This document shows, piece after piece, positions 47,047 to 56,642 of a DNA stretch of 64,000 bases. Both the position numbers and the translations under genes were made by a program. The DNA is from Patescibacteria group bacterium. Lineage in GTDB: Bacteria > Patescibacteriota > Minisyncoccia > Phycocordibacterales > Phycocordibacteraceae. Location of the stretch: contig JAIETW010000001.1 of NCBI GenBank assembly GCA_019744845.1, forward strand, positions 12,623-76,622, read 5' to 3'. Position 1 is the stretch's first letter; each line of letters opens with the position of its first letter. The notes beneath the pieces were generated by a model, which was not told where the DNA came from, ran no database searches, and was given only the letters and a program-made list of their open reading frames with translations.

Positions 47047-48360
47047 TTACGCGCCTTCTTGTGAAAGAAGAAGGTCAATGCGGTTCATATCACGTGGGAA
47101 TGCTGATGCTTCTTTCGCATTTCCAAGGTTGAGCATCTTCATGGTGAAGCGCTCTATACCAGTAGAACAGCCGCCATGCGGAGGAATACCGTATTTAAAA
47201 GCTTGGAGATAGAACTGGAACTTGTCTGGGTCCATTCCGCGCTCCTTAATACGCGCCACCATTTCATCGTAGTTATGAATGCGCTGGGCACCGCTGTTGA
47301 TCTCTAGACCACGGAACAAGAGGTCAAAGCCACGAGAAAGCGTACCGTCCTCTGCCATGGTGTAGAAGGCGCGCGCGTTTGTTGGGAAGCGCGTAATGAA
47401 TACGAAATCTGATCCGTGCTCCTTCAGTGCCCATTCGCAGATATTTCGCTCATGTTCAGGCGTCATGTCGTCTTCCGGGGTCACGCCAAGCTTCTCATGT
47501 GCCTCACGAAGTGTGAGTACTGGGAACTTGTCACCCAGTGCCGGTACTGGTACTCCCATACGCTCAAATACATCTGCGTGTTTCTTTGCCACCGTCTCCA
47601 CGACGTCACGAATAGTGCGCTCAAGTGTTGCCATTACTTCCCTCTCATCCGAAATGAAGCCCATTTCAAAATCTACACAGGTTGCCTCAGAAAGGTGGCG
47701 GGTGGTTGCACTCTTCTCTGCGCGGAAGATGCGTGCAACGGTAAAGGCACGTTCAAACGCCCCCACCATAATCTGCTTGTAGAGCTGAGGAGAGGTGGCC
47801 AGGTATGCGGTGCGATCATTAAAGTAATCCACTTTAAACACCGCAGCTCCTCCTTCTGCGTCTCCTCCTACGAGTGACGGTGCTTGGAACTCAGTGAAGT
47901 CCTGTGCGATGAGTGACTGGCGGTACGCATCAACAACGGTTGCCTGCACTTTAAAGATATCGTGATCGCGCTGACTACGAAGTGTGAACGGACGGTAGTC
48001 AAAACGAGTATCAATGTTGATATCAGTATCTTTTTCAAACGGAAGTTCCTGTGCACGAGAAAGAATCTCAATGCGTAGAACTTCAAGTTCAATATCACCG
48101 TTCAACTTTCCTGCTTGCACATTTTTCTGTGGACGAACATTAACCTTTCCGGTAACGGAAACAACATACTCATGACGAGTCTCCTTTGCAGCGTCCACAG
48201 CCTCACTCTTGGGAAGCACGACGCCCTGGACCATTCCGCTCCGATCGCGGAAATCAAAGAAAACCATCTTGCCCTGGTCACGACGCACATCTACCCATCC
48301 GGCGATGGTCACCTCTTTTCCTACGTGGGCCTTCAGGTCCCGTATTAGTACCCGTTCCAT
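47047..48360 (-). CDS. aspS: class IIb aspartyl/asparaginyl-tRNA synthetase, short archaeal/eukaryal type
   Basis: OB-fold N-terminus, motif 2 'FRAE', 'SPQLYKQ', 437 aa. I cannot separate a discriminating AspRS from an AsnRS by eye. Confidence 0.75.
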   Translation of the reverse strand: MERVLIRDLKAHVGKEVTIAGWVDVRRDQGKMVFFDFRDRSGMVQGVVLPKSEAVDAAKETRHEYVVSVTGKVNVRPQKNVQAGKLNGDIELEVLRIEILSRAQELPFEKDTDINIDTRFDYRPFTLRSQRDHDIFKVQATVVDAYRQSLIAQDFTEFQAPSLVGGDAEGGAAVFKVDYFNDRTAYLATSPQLYKQIMVGAFERAFTVARIFRAEKSATTRHLSEATCVDFEMGFISDEREVMATLERTIRDVVETVAKKHADVFERMGVPVPALGDKFPVLTLREAHEKLGVTPEDDMTPEHERNICEWALKEHGSDFVFITRFPTNARAFYTMAEDGTLSRGFDLLFRGLEINSGAQRIHNYDEMVARIKERGMDPDKFQFYLQAFKYGIPPHGGCSTGIERFTMKMLNLGNAKEASAFPRDMNRIDLLLSQEGA

Positions 48361-48365
48361 ATTCC

Positions 48366-48914
48366 CTACAAAATACCACGACCTTGCAAATAGGTCTTGA
48401 GGGCCTCAAGAGCAGTCTTGCGGAATGGTCGCGCATCCCGTTCCTCAGTCGTAAGCTCTGCGCGCGTCCTCGTATCTCCCTCATGGATAAAGGCCACATC
48501 AAAACCAAACCCGTTATCTCCCCGCGGGTGGTCTGCAATTGTTCCCTTAGAGTCTCCCCTGAAGTATCTAAACTCAGTACCATCAAAGAACCCAACAACG
48601 GCAGTGACTGAACCCTTACGGTCAGGATACGTGTCCGCAAGACGACACACTCCCTCAATACCAAGCGCAATCTCAAACCATTTCGTGAGTGGACCAGGGA
48701 GCCCGTTCATTCCATCTATGAGAAGTCCTGAGTCGTCCACCAATACAGGACTTCCAATACGGGCATAGGCGTCACGAACTTTTGCTTCAATAACTTCTTC
48801 GTGACTCAAAGACTGAATCTCTGGCAGATCAAGGGGTTCGTTTGCAATCGGAACACCAAGATAGCGCTCGTATTCAAGCGTCTTGTTCTTGTTGCTCGTA
48901 ACCAGGGTTAGCAT
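48366..48914 (-). CDS. rdgB: non-canonical purine NTP pyrophosphatase (RdgB/HAM1)
   Basis: 'LVTSNKNK' and 'VDDSGL' Ham1 motifs. Confidence 0.85.
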   Translation of the reverse strand: MLTLVTSNKNKTLEYERYLGVPIANEPLDLPEIQSLSHEEVIEAKVRDAYARIGSPVLVDDSGLLIDGMNGLPGPLTKWFEIALGIEGVCRLADTYPDRKGSVTAVVGFFDGTEFRYFRGDSKGTIADHPRGDNGFGFDVAFIHEGDTRTRAELTTEERDARPFRKTALEALKTYLQGRGIL

Positions 48915-48916
48915 AT

Positions 48917-49855
48917 TTAGCGCACGCCGACGGCCTTACGCACTGCCTCCATTTTTGCTTCGCTTACCTCTCTCGCCTTCTCTGCGCCATCGGCAAGCAC
49001 TGAAGCAACTTCTGCATCAGAGATTGATTCGCGCTTCTCACGCATTGGCGCAATGAATGCATCAAGATCTTCCACGAGTGCATCTTTAAGCGCCTTGTAG
49101 CTACCCTTGTTCGCTTCATAGAGTGGTGCAAGTTCAGCCTCGCTCTTAAGAAGCTTGTGCATCGCGTACACATTCTCAGGAATACCTGCAGAAGAGTCAG
49201 TGACGATACTCATCACTGCTTTCTGAATTTCCTCACGAGAACCAAAGAGCGGAATGGTGTTTCCGTAGCTCTTGCTCATCTTCTTACCATCAGTGCCCGG
49301 AACAACACCCGTTGCCTTAAGAATGAGTTCCTTTGGTGCCTTAAAGACCTCTGTAAAAGCCTTATTGAACTTCGCCGCAGCCTCACGCGCATATTCAATG
49401 TGCTGGCGCTGGTCCTCTCCTACTGGTACTGCCTCTGCGTCATACAACAGAATGTCTGCGGCCATAAGCATCGGGTACGTAAAGAGTCCTGCGTTGGCTT
49501 CTAGTCCCTTCGCTACCTTGTCCTTGTATGCATGTGCCTGCATAAGGAACGGAACGGTCACGAGACAATCAAAGATCCATGCAAGTTCGGTGTGTGCAGG
49601 TACGTCTGACTGTTTAAAGATCACTGCCTTATTTGGATCTACCCCAACCGCAAGATAGGTGCGCACGGCCTCAATGGTGTTCTTACGAAGCTCATCAGGA
49701 CTTTTAAGAGAAGTAAGCGCATGGTAGTCCACGACCATGAGGAAGCTGTCGTATTTCTCATAGGTGTCAACAAAAGGCTTAAGCGCCCCAAAGTAGTTAC
49801 CAATATGGAGATCGCCCGAAGGCTGAAGGCCGGTGAGGAGACGAGGTTTTGCCAT
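48917..49855 (-). CDS. trpS: tryptophanyl-tRNA synthetase
   Basis: 'LTGLQPSGDLHIGNYFGAL' (HIGH) and 'KMSKS'. 312 aa. Confidence 0.85.
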   Translation of the reverse strand: MAKPRLLTGLQPSGDLHIGNYFGALKPFVDTYEKYDSFLMVVDYHALTSLKSPDELRKNTIEAVRTYLAVGVDPNKAVIFKQSDVPAHTELAWIFDCLVTVPFLMQAHAYKDKVAKGLEANAGLFTYPMLMAADILLYDAEAVPVGEDQRQHIEYAREAAAKFNKAFTEVFKAPKELILKATGVVPGTDGKKMSKSYGNTIPLFGSREEIQKAVMSIVTDSSAGIPENVYAMHKLLKSEAELAPLYEANKGSYKALKDALVEDLDAFIAPMREKRESISDAEVASVLADGAEKAREVSEAKMEAVRKAVGVR

Positions 49856-49870
49856 ATCATAAAGACTATA

Positions 49871-50332
49871 TCAATCACGTATCTTTTTCGCGAGTTCTGC
49901 CAGTTCCCCATCATCGGCCCGTGCGGCGTCATGTGATGAGAGGTATCCCGGGTACACCTCATAGAACTCCGTGCGCTTAGATTCAATTGGCTTCCACTCA
50001 CCCATGTCTTTTGTGCCATGCATTGGGAACAATTTCACGTGTGCATGGTCTACTCCGAATCCTTCGGCAAGAAGGCCTGTGCGTCCTACGTCTGGAAGTG
50101 TCGCGTCAATCTTCTTCCCTACCGTCTTTGCTGCCCTAAGAAGTCCTGCATACACCTCATCCGGCAAGTCAAAGACGTAGCTTCCGTAATGCTCCTTAGT
50201 GACGACGACTGAAAACCCCGGAGTATTCGGGAATATAGAAAGGAACGCGAGATGCTTCTCATCCTCCCAAATAGTATGGGAAGGAGCCTCTCCCTTGACT
50301 ATCTTGCAGAAAATACAAGAATCCATAGCCAC
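49871..50332 (-). CDS. HIT-family hydrolase
   Basis: Histidine triad 'HAHVKLFPMHG' and N-terminal 'CIFCKI'. Confidence 0.8.
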   Translation of the reverse strand: MAMDSCIFCKIVKGEAPSHTIWEDEKHLAFLSIFPNTPGFSVVVTKEHYGSYVFDLPDEVYAGLLRAAKTVGKKIDATLPDVGRTGLLAEGFGVDHAHVKLFPMHGTKDMGEWKPIESKRTEFYEVYPGYLSSHDAARADDGELAELAKKIRD

Positions 50333-50438
50333 AATTCTACCACCCCTTCTTCATCTGTTCTTCCGCATCATATTGGTATACCTATCTCTATGCGTATCGT
50401 AGACGATATGTACTTACTCAGATAAACGTACCGTCATC

Positions 50439-50549
50439 ATGACCAATCCAGACCCGAAGCACACTGATAAGAAGAACGACACTCCTTCTGCGCATGAGTC
50501 GGACAAGAAGAATATGGCAGATAAGACCGACAGTCCCTCTGCAGCCTAA
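50439..50549 (+). CDS. questionable small ORF (36 aa, Lys/Asp-rich, hydrophilic)
   Basis: ATG-initiated ORF ending 12 nt before a strong bidirectional terminator. No SD. May be non-coding. Confidence 0.15.
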   Translation: MTNPDPKHTDKKNDTPSAHESDKKNMADKTDSPSAA

Positions 50550-50560
50550 GGTAAGTTAAC

Positions 50561-50591
50561 AAAAAACCTCTCCAGCATGGAGAGGTTTTTT
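50561..50591. terminator. bidirectional intrinsic terminator (serves tRNA-Tyr on the minus strand and the small ORF on the plus strand)
   Basis: AAAAAA-cctctcc-agcatg-gagagg-TTTTTT. Confidence 0.75.
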
Positions 50592-50613
50592 GACTCTTAG
50601 CACAATATAAAAG

Positions 50614-50696
50614 TGCGCCGGGCAGGATTCGAACCTGCGTAGGATAAATCCGCTTGGTTTACAGCCAAGTGCAATTGACCACTCTGCCACCGACGC
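50614..50696 (-). tRNA. tRNA-Tyr (anticodon GUA), type II with long variable arm; no encoded CCA
   Basis: Hand fold. Acceptor GCGTCGG/CCGGCGC, anticodon stem CTTGG/CCAAG with loop CTGTAAA, 14-nt variable arm, T-arm GCAGG-TTCGAAT-CCTGC. Confidence 0.8.
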
Positions 50697-50740
50697 ATCT
50701 GTCGCCGACTATAGCATTGTCTTCCCTCCTATTCCAGGCC

Positions 50741-51991
50741 TTAGGTAAGCTTCAAAAGAAGCACGTCGCGCTTTCCTTTGCGGATGATGGCAAGCTCATT
50801 GGTGAAGTCTGAGAGCGTAAGCTCGCGCGCAGGATCTGAGAGTACTTCTCCGTTCAAGGTCACTCCACTTGCTTCAATCAAACGGCGTGCCTCTGATTTG
50901 GATGGCACCGTCTTTCCTTCTACGAGCACATCCACAATAGGACGCACGACTGTCTTCTTAGACATACGAAGTGTCGGTACTTCTCCGAGAAGCACTGACA
51001 CCTCTTCACGAGAAAGGCTTGCAAAGGCACGACCTCCAAAGAGTGCATCAGTAGCTGCTCCTGCCTGTGCTGCAGCTGCAGGGCCATGCACAATCTCGGT
51101 AACCAAGCGTGCAAGCGTCTGCTGTGCCTCACGAGAACCAGGATTCTTCGCATGAGATGCCATAACTGCATCAATCTCTTCAAGTGTCAGAAAGGTGTAG
51201 AGCTTTAAGTACGTCTCAATACCCGTATCAGGAAGGTTGATCCAGAACTGGTAGAACTTAAATGGCGAAGTCTTTTTGCCATCAAGCCAAACTGGCGTGC
51301 CCTCTGACTTCCCAAACTTCTTCCCTGCAGCGTCAGTCACCAAAGGACAGGTGAACACAAAAGCTTCTTCACCAAGCTTCCGGCGAATAAGCTCTACACC
51401 GGAGAGCATGTTCGTCCACTGATCAGATCCTCCGATCTGAACGTTAATTCCCTTCTTACGATAGAGGGTAAGGAAGTCGTAGCCCTGAAGCAGTGAGTAG
51501 GAGAACTCAGTAAAGGAAATACTTTCATCAGAATTCTCAAGACGACGCTTAATCAAGTCACGCTTGATAAGTTCATTGATAGTGAAGTGCTTTCCGATAT
51601 CACGAAGAAACTCTACCAAGTTCGCCTTAAGAAGCCATGATGCATTGTCTACAAGCTCAATGCGCTTTCCGACTATCCGAGAGAGTTGAGAGCGAATCGC
51701 ACGCTTATTCTTCTCAAGCGTACGCGTATCAAGAAGAGAGCGCTCACCCACCTCACGAGGGTCTCCAATCATTCCTGTTCCTCCTCCGACCACGAACACA
51801 AGACGATGCCCTTCAGCACCTAGTCGCTTCATAAGAAGGATCGGGACGAGGTGCCCTACATGGAGCGAATCTGCAGTTGGGTCTATACCCAAGTACACTC
51901 CTCGTTTAGAAGAGAGAATGTTATCAAGTGGCGAAGAGGAATGCTCCGCAAACCCACGTGCCGATAGGTCGTGTGCCAAACTCATATACAA
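50741..51991 (-). CDS. tyrS: tyrosyl-tRNA synthetase
   Basis: 'GIDPTADSLHVGHLVPI' (HIGH), 'KFGKSEG' (KMSKS), C-terminal S4 domain. Confidence 0.9.
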   Translation of the reverse strand: MYMSLAHDLSARGFAEHSSSPLDNILSSKRGVYLGIDPTADSLHVGHLVPILLMKRLGAEGHRLVFVVGGGTGMIGDPREVGERSLLDTRTLEKNKRAIRSQLSRIVGKRIELVDNASWLLKANLVEFLRDIGKHFTINELIKRDLIKRRLENSDESISFTEFSYSLLQGYDFLTLYRKKGINVQIGGSDQWTNMLSGVELIRRKLGEEAFVFTCPLVTDAAGKKFGKSEGTPVWLDGKKTSPFKFYQFWINLPDTGIETYLKLYTFLTLEEIDAVMASHAKNPGSREAQQTLARLVTEIVHGPAAAAQAGAATDALFGGRAFASLSREEVSVLLGEVPTLRMSKKTVVRPIVDVLVEGKTVPSKSEARRLIEASGVTLNGEVLSDPARELTLSDFTNELAIIRKGKRDVLLLKLT

Positions 51992-52004
51992 AAGTATACC
52001 AGGC

Positions 52005-52979
52005 TTACTCCGGCTTCAGAATCAATTCTTCGCTGATGGAGGCACCGGTCTGGATGTGGATGATGGCTTCCGCTAGCATATCTGCCACAGAGACGATGGT
52101 GATCTTGGGATGATTCAACACCTCATCGCGATGTGCGACAGAGTCGGTAGTGATGATCTCTTCCACTGGAGAGGCAGACAAGCGCTCAAGTGCAGTGCCG
52201 TTAAACAAGCCATGCGTGACCGCGACACGAATACTGCGTGCGCCACACTCCTTGATATGATCCACCGCGTTAAACATGGTGCCACCAGAATCAAGCATGT
52301 CGTCAATCAAGAGCACATCCTTTCCTTCTACGTCTCCGACCATAGAGAAGACCTCTGATTTGTTGTTTACATGAAGATCACGCTGCTTGTAGACAATGGC
52401 AATGTCGGGCACGCCAAGAAGCTGTGCATAGCCTGTCACACGCGGCACTCCTCCCTTATCAGGTGAGACGAGAACAGTATCTTTTAGATTGCGCTTCTTG
52501 ATCTCAGGCACAAGCACATAACTTCCGTAGAGGTTATCCCATGAGAACTGCACGGAGCCCTGCACCTGCTCCGCATGAATATCAAGCGTACAGATACGAT
52601 CTGCACCTGCGCTCCGAATGAGGTTTGCGACGACGGCTGAAGAAATAGGCACACGAGGCTGGTCCTTACGGTCCTGACGAGCGTATCCAAAGTATGGGAT
52701 GACCACGTTCACTTCGTCCGCTGACGCGCGACGGGCAGCGTCAATCATAAGCAGAAGCTCCATGAGGTTATCGTTTGCCGGCTTTCCAGTGGACTGAATG
52801 ATGTAGACCGGGCGGCGGCGAAGGTTCGGGATGCCTTTCACACGCACTTCCCCATCTACGAAATACGTAATAGGGTTGGTCACCTCCTTCCCAAGGATCT
52901 TGGCAATCTTCTCCGCAAGTACAAGGTTTCCGTTTCCTGCAAGCAGCACAAATCCGTTCCCGTCTGTAGGCTTCTTCAT
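52005..52979 (-). CDS. prs: ribose-phosphate pyrophosphokinase
   Basis: PRPP-binding 'VLLIDDMLDSGGT' and 'DLHAEQVQG'. Start at the internal Met 'MKKPTDG'. Confidence 0.9.
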   Translation of the reverse strand: MKKPTDGNGFVLLAGNGNLVLAEKIAKILGKEVTNPITYFVDGEVRVKGIPNLRRRPVYIIQSTGKPANDNLMELLLMIDAARRASADEVNVVIPYFGYARQDRKDQPRVPISSAVVANLIRSAGADRICTLDIHAEQVQGSVQFSWDNLYGSYVLVPEIKKRNLKDTVLVSPDKGGVPRVTGYAQLLGVPDIAIVYKQRDLHVNNKSEVFSMVGDVEGKDVLLIDDMLDSGGTMFNAVDHIKECGARSIRVAVTHGLFNGTALERLSASPVEEIITTDSVAHRDEVLNHPKITIVSVADMLAEAIIHIQTGASISEELILKPE

Positions 52980-53023
52980 GTGAGTACCGTTACGATAAAG
53001 TCTCCGTAAGTAAGACCACGCCA

Positions 53024-54667
53024 TTATACTATGCGCGGCAATTCTATGATAAAGCGAGAGCCCTTGCCTGCTCCATCTGACTCGGCCCATACCTTTCCGT
53101 TGTGGCCAGCCACAAGCTGCTTTGCGACGTAGAGACCAAGACCCGTTCCAGTTGTGTTCACTTTGTTCGCTCCACGCGCACGGGTGAACTTATCAAAGAG
53201 GATCGCAATCTCATCGGCGGGGATGCCCACTCCCGTGTCACTCACGACGATTCGTACATGTTCTGTGTCTTTCTCAACTGCGACCTTGATTCCTCCCTTC
53301 TCTGTGTACTTAATAGCGTTATCAACGATGTTTACGATCACCTGCTTGATCTTACCGATGTCAGCGCGCACCATGACATCCTCAGACGGAGTTGCACTAA
53401 GGGCAAGATCTTTCTTAGACGCAATCGGTCCAAGCTCCTGAACAACGGTTTCAACAAGATGTGCAAGATCAAACTCACTCTTCTCATATTTCATGCGACC
53501 TTGCTCAATACGAGAGATGTTCAAGTAGTCCTCAATGGAGGTTGCCATCATGCGTGTCGCCTCCATGATGGTTTCAATTGGTTCTTTGAAATAATCTGGC
53601 ACGACACCATAGGTGCCATCCGACAAGTTTGCTGCATACCCTCGCACGGCGGTAATAGGTGCACGAAGCTGGTGTGAGGCGATTGAAAGGAATTCATCCT
53701 TCATTTGATCAAGCTCTTTCAGGTGTGAGTTAGCCTGGTCAAGCTGGTTGTTGGTTTTTCGGAGCGTTGCGGCAAGTTCCTCAATCTGTACACGTGCCTC
53801 GGCTTCTCGCTTTGCGTTCTCAATGAGCATCAGACCAATGAAGAGCGTCATGGCCAGGGTCACCAAAGAGAGAGTTTGATCGGTGGCGTCCTGTACATAG
53901 AGAAGCTGTGAGCCCACCATGACGATAAGGATGTACGCCAAAACTTGTGTACCGACGAATCGGAACTGGAACAAACGAAGGTCAGTAATCGCAAACGTCA
54001 TAATGATGAGGAAGAGCGGCAGAATGAAGAGTCCGTAGAGGTTCGTCTCATACACGCCGGTCATAGAGGCGATGTACTCCGTACCTGCAAAGACGCTGTA
54101 GAACAAGAGGATTGCAAGACCGATCACACTTACCTGAACCCGCTTACGAAGATCGGAGCCCTTCCACGCAAGTACAAAAGAGACCAGCATGAGTGCTGCA
54201 GAGGATGCCTCCGCAAACAGTTTGTAGTGTGTAAGCCAGCCGTTATTTGTAGCCTCACAGACTGGCTGATAGAAGTCCAGGACTGAATTTCCAGTCACCG
54301 TAATAGCAAACGCAGGAATGGTGAGAAGCACCATAATCCCCTTCTCCCATGCAGATACCTGCCCGCGTGCAAGAAGACCGAAGAAGTACGCACCAAGTAT
54401 AAAGAAGATAACGTTGATGAAGTCTAGCCAGGACCAGAAATAATAGACGACATTATAGTCAGATTGTGTCCAGACAATAAGGTCACCAATAAGCCACAAG
54501 GAAAAGCCAAAAGTAAATGCAAAGAACACGACCGCGAGTCGTGAGAACTTAGTGCGTATCAATGCATAGATACTGAGGAAAAGACCAATAGCGGTCGGTA
54601 CCAGGTGAGAGTAGTACGCTATCGTGTGATAGAAGTGCGTTGTCTCATAACAGGTATTGATATCCAT
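53024..54667 (-). CDS. sensor histidine kinase with 7-TM N-terminal sensor module (no adjacent response regulator)
   Basis: Seven hydrophobic helices, then coiled coil, H-box 'SHQLRAPITAV' and HATPase_c N/G boxes ('VDNAIKYT', 'DTGVGI', 'GTGLGL'). Confidence 0.8.
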   Translation of the reverse strand: MDINTCYETTHFYHTIAYYSHLVPTAIGLFLSIYALIRTKFSRLAVVFFAFTFGFSLWLIGDLIVWTQSDYNVVYYFWSWLDFINVIFFILGAYFFGLLARGQVSAWEKGIMVLLTIPAFAITVTGNSVLDFYQPVCEATNNGWLTHYKLFAEASSAALMLVSFVLAWKGSDLRKRVQVSVIGLAILLFYSVFAGTEYIASMTGVYETNLYGLFILPLFLIIMTFAITDLRLFQFRFVGTQVLAYILIVMVGSQLLYVQDATDQTLSLVTLAMTLFIGLMLIENAKREAEARVQIEELAATLRKTNNQLDQANSHLKELDQMKDEFLSIASHQLRAPITAVRGYAANLSDGTYGVVPDYFKEPIETIMEATRMMATSIEDYLNISRIEQGRMKYEKSEFDLAHLVETVVQELGPIASKKDLALSATPSEDVMVRADIGKIKQVIVNIVDNAIKYTEKGGIKVAVEKDTEHVRIVVSDTGVGIPADEIAILFDKFTRARGANKVNTTGTGLGLYVAKQLVAGHNGKVWAESDGAGKGSRFIIELPRIV

Positions 54668-54679
54668 ACAAAAAGTATA

Positions 54680-55522
54680 TCACTGGCTCGTGGCCGTAAG
54701 TTTATTTTCAACGAATTCTCTGTCCTCACGTGGGTGACACATCCAGAACCGATCTCCTTCAATCTCTGTAGGCTCAAGGTTCACCACAAGCGGCTTCTTC
54801 CCTGTCTCTTGCATTGCCGTAATAAATGCAGGAAGGAAGATGTCGCGAGTGAACTCAAGCTCTTTTTCATCTATAAGGAAGTTCTCAAACAAAATACCGT
54901 GACGCACAAAGAGCATTAGGAAGGAGCGATAGTACGAAAGTGGTGTAGGGCCATTGCGCTTAAACCACTCTGACGCATCAAAAAACGCGGTATCCGCTTC
55001 TCGGTACCGCGCCTTAAACAATTCATGATGGAAGGAAACTAGATCCTGGCCCCAGAGTGTCTCTACCTCGCTTAGCTTCTTTCCGTTTGCTTTATTGAAA
55101 TCAACGATAGTAAGCGAATCAATACGAGAACCTCCTTTCTTCCCCTTCCCTGCAAAAAAGAACAATCGTCCCAGAGAATGTTTCCATTCGTTGTTAGAGG
55201 TGAATTTGTCCTCTAAGTATTCAAAGAAAAGTGGTTCAATATGCTCAATGGAATCAATAATGCTAAAAAAGCGACGAATTTCATAATTAGAAGTGGTGAG
55301 CTGGCGAAAGGCGACTCCATGTGGCCCTCGTCGTAACGGCTCTGGAATATCTTCGCCAAGCCATGCCGTTACTTTTGCATCGAGTGCCTCATCTTTTCTG
55401 CGACGCATCAGCTCCTCCACTGCTTCATCGGGAGGAGTGTACACAAAACGATCAAAAGCTTCACGGTTACGAACCAACGCTTCAATATCTATGGTATGGG
55501 GGTCTAAATCCTTTTCGTTCAT
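54680..55522 (-). CDS. hypothetical protein (280 aa, soluble)
   Basis: Ends 13 nt before the kinase start codon. No known motif. Confidence 0.5.
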   Translation of the reverse strand: MNEKDLDPHTIDIEALVRNREAFDRFVYTPPDEAVEELMRRRKDEALDAKVTAWLGEDIPEPLRRGPHGVAFRQLTTSNYEIRRFFSIIDSIEHIEPLFFEYLEDKFTSNNEWKHSLGRLFFFAGKGKKGGSRIDSLTIVDFNKANGKKLSEVETLWGQDLVSFHHELFKARYREADTAFFDASEWFKRNGPTPLSYYRSFLMLFVRHGILFENFLIDEKELEFTRDIFLPAFITAMQETGKKPLVVNLEPTEIEGDRFWMCHPREDREFVENKLTATSQ

Positions 55523-55540
55523 ACCACTGAAAACTATCTG

Positions 55541-55981
55541 CTATAGAACGTACGGTTCTTCTTCTTGTATTCCTTCAGTGCCCTCTGTTTCCTCTACAGG
55601 CGCTTCTTCTGGTGCGGGTTCAGGCTCATACACTGCACACTCATCTTCTTCTGATTCACCACATACTATTTCTTCACACGAAATGATGCCAGCCTCACAC
55701 TCTCTTTCACAGGAGTTATCGCTGCACATCTCAAACTCCTGTGCGGAGACAGTGTACATCTTGTATTTCTCAAGACCGCTCGGAGGACAGTCGTCAGGGT
55801 TGCTACAGTCACGATAGAAACAGGTTTCCGTTGCAGGATCACATTCTGCTTCTACCAAGAACAGGTACTGCTTGTCATACAAGAAGAGCCACGCCGTTGC
55901 GGCAAACGTCACTACCAAAAGGAGTAACACGAAGGAAAGCAAAAGCTTGTCCGATCGGTCCATTACCCCTGAATATACCAT
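55541..55981 (-). CDS. membrane-anchored cysteine-rich acidic protein (146 aa)
   Basis: TM helix 'LLLSFVLLLLVVTFAATAWLFLY', about 11 Cys in 70 residues ('CDPATETCFYRDCSNPDDCPP...CSDNSCERECEAGIISCEEIVCG'), Glu-rich tail. Confidence 0.5.
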   Translation of the reverse strand: MVYSGVMDRSDKLLLSFVLLLLVVTFAATAWLFLYDKQYLFLVEAECDPATETCFYRDCSNPDDCPPSGLEKYKMYTVSAQEFEMCSDNSCERECEAGIISCEEIVCGESEEDECAVYEPEPAPEEAPVEETEGTEGIQEEEPYVL

Positions 55982-56022
55982 GAATTCACTGAGTTTTTGA
56001 GGGACCGTGGACAGCCTTCCCT

Positions 56023-56640
56023 CTAGAAAAGTCCATTAAACCAGGTGGTCATAGACTCCCAAGTCGTAGAAAAGAAGATTTGAACTTCGGGTGGGAAGAA
56101 ACTAAACAGCCAGACAGCAAGTCCGATAATTACGGTCCAGCGTAGTGTCCAGTATGCATTTGAGAAAAGCACACTCAACCAGAATATTTTCCAGTCACGA
56201 GGAGTAAGTCCATTAAACTCGCTTGATCCCTTGCGGAGATAGACCGTTACCATAAATGGATCACTATTAAGTGAGAGTACAAAGAACGCAGGCACATCTC
56301 CCATACGTACAAGTTTCCGCATCATCCGCTTCCACCATCCATCACCTTCAAGCTCTTCACGCACTCCTTTGACTGCTTCAAATCCAAACCAGTCTATTTT
56401 TGCCCAATCATAGAGCTTGATGTAGCCCCAGCACACGAGCGCAGAAAGGGGTGCCATGATTGCAAAACCAAGAAGAGACCCCCATATCGGACCATACGTA
56501 TAGGTGGTAAAGCCCACTACCGTACCGTAGAGAATCCAATCAAACAAAACTTCCTCAACCTGTTTTGCTCCATGTCCCACTGCCACTGTGGCAATGAAGG
56601 TCATGTGCTTATCCCACCAGCGACGAAGTGACGCAAACAT
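56023..56640 (-). CDS. hypothetical polytopic membrane protein
   Basis: Trp-rich TM protein. Start moved to an internal Met to remove the 49-nt overlap with the upstream gene. Confidence 0.45.
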   Translation of the reverse strand: MFASLRRWWDKHMTFIATVAVGHGAKQVEEVLFDWILYGTVVGFTTYTYGPIWGSLLGFAIMAPLSALVCWGYIKLYDWAKIDWFGFEAVKGVREELEGDGWWKRMMRKLVRMGDVPAFFVLSLNSDPFMVTVYLRKGSSEFNGLTPRDWKIFWLSVLFSNAYWTLRWTVIIGLAVWLFSFFPPEVQIFFSTTWESMTTWFNGLF

Positions 56641-56642
56641 GA

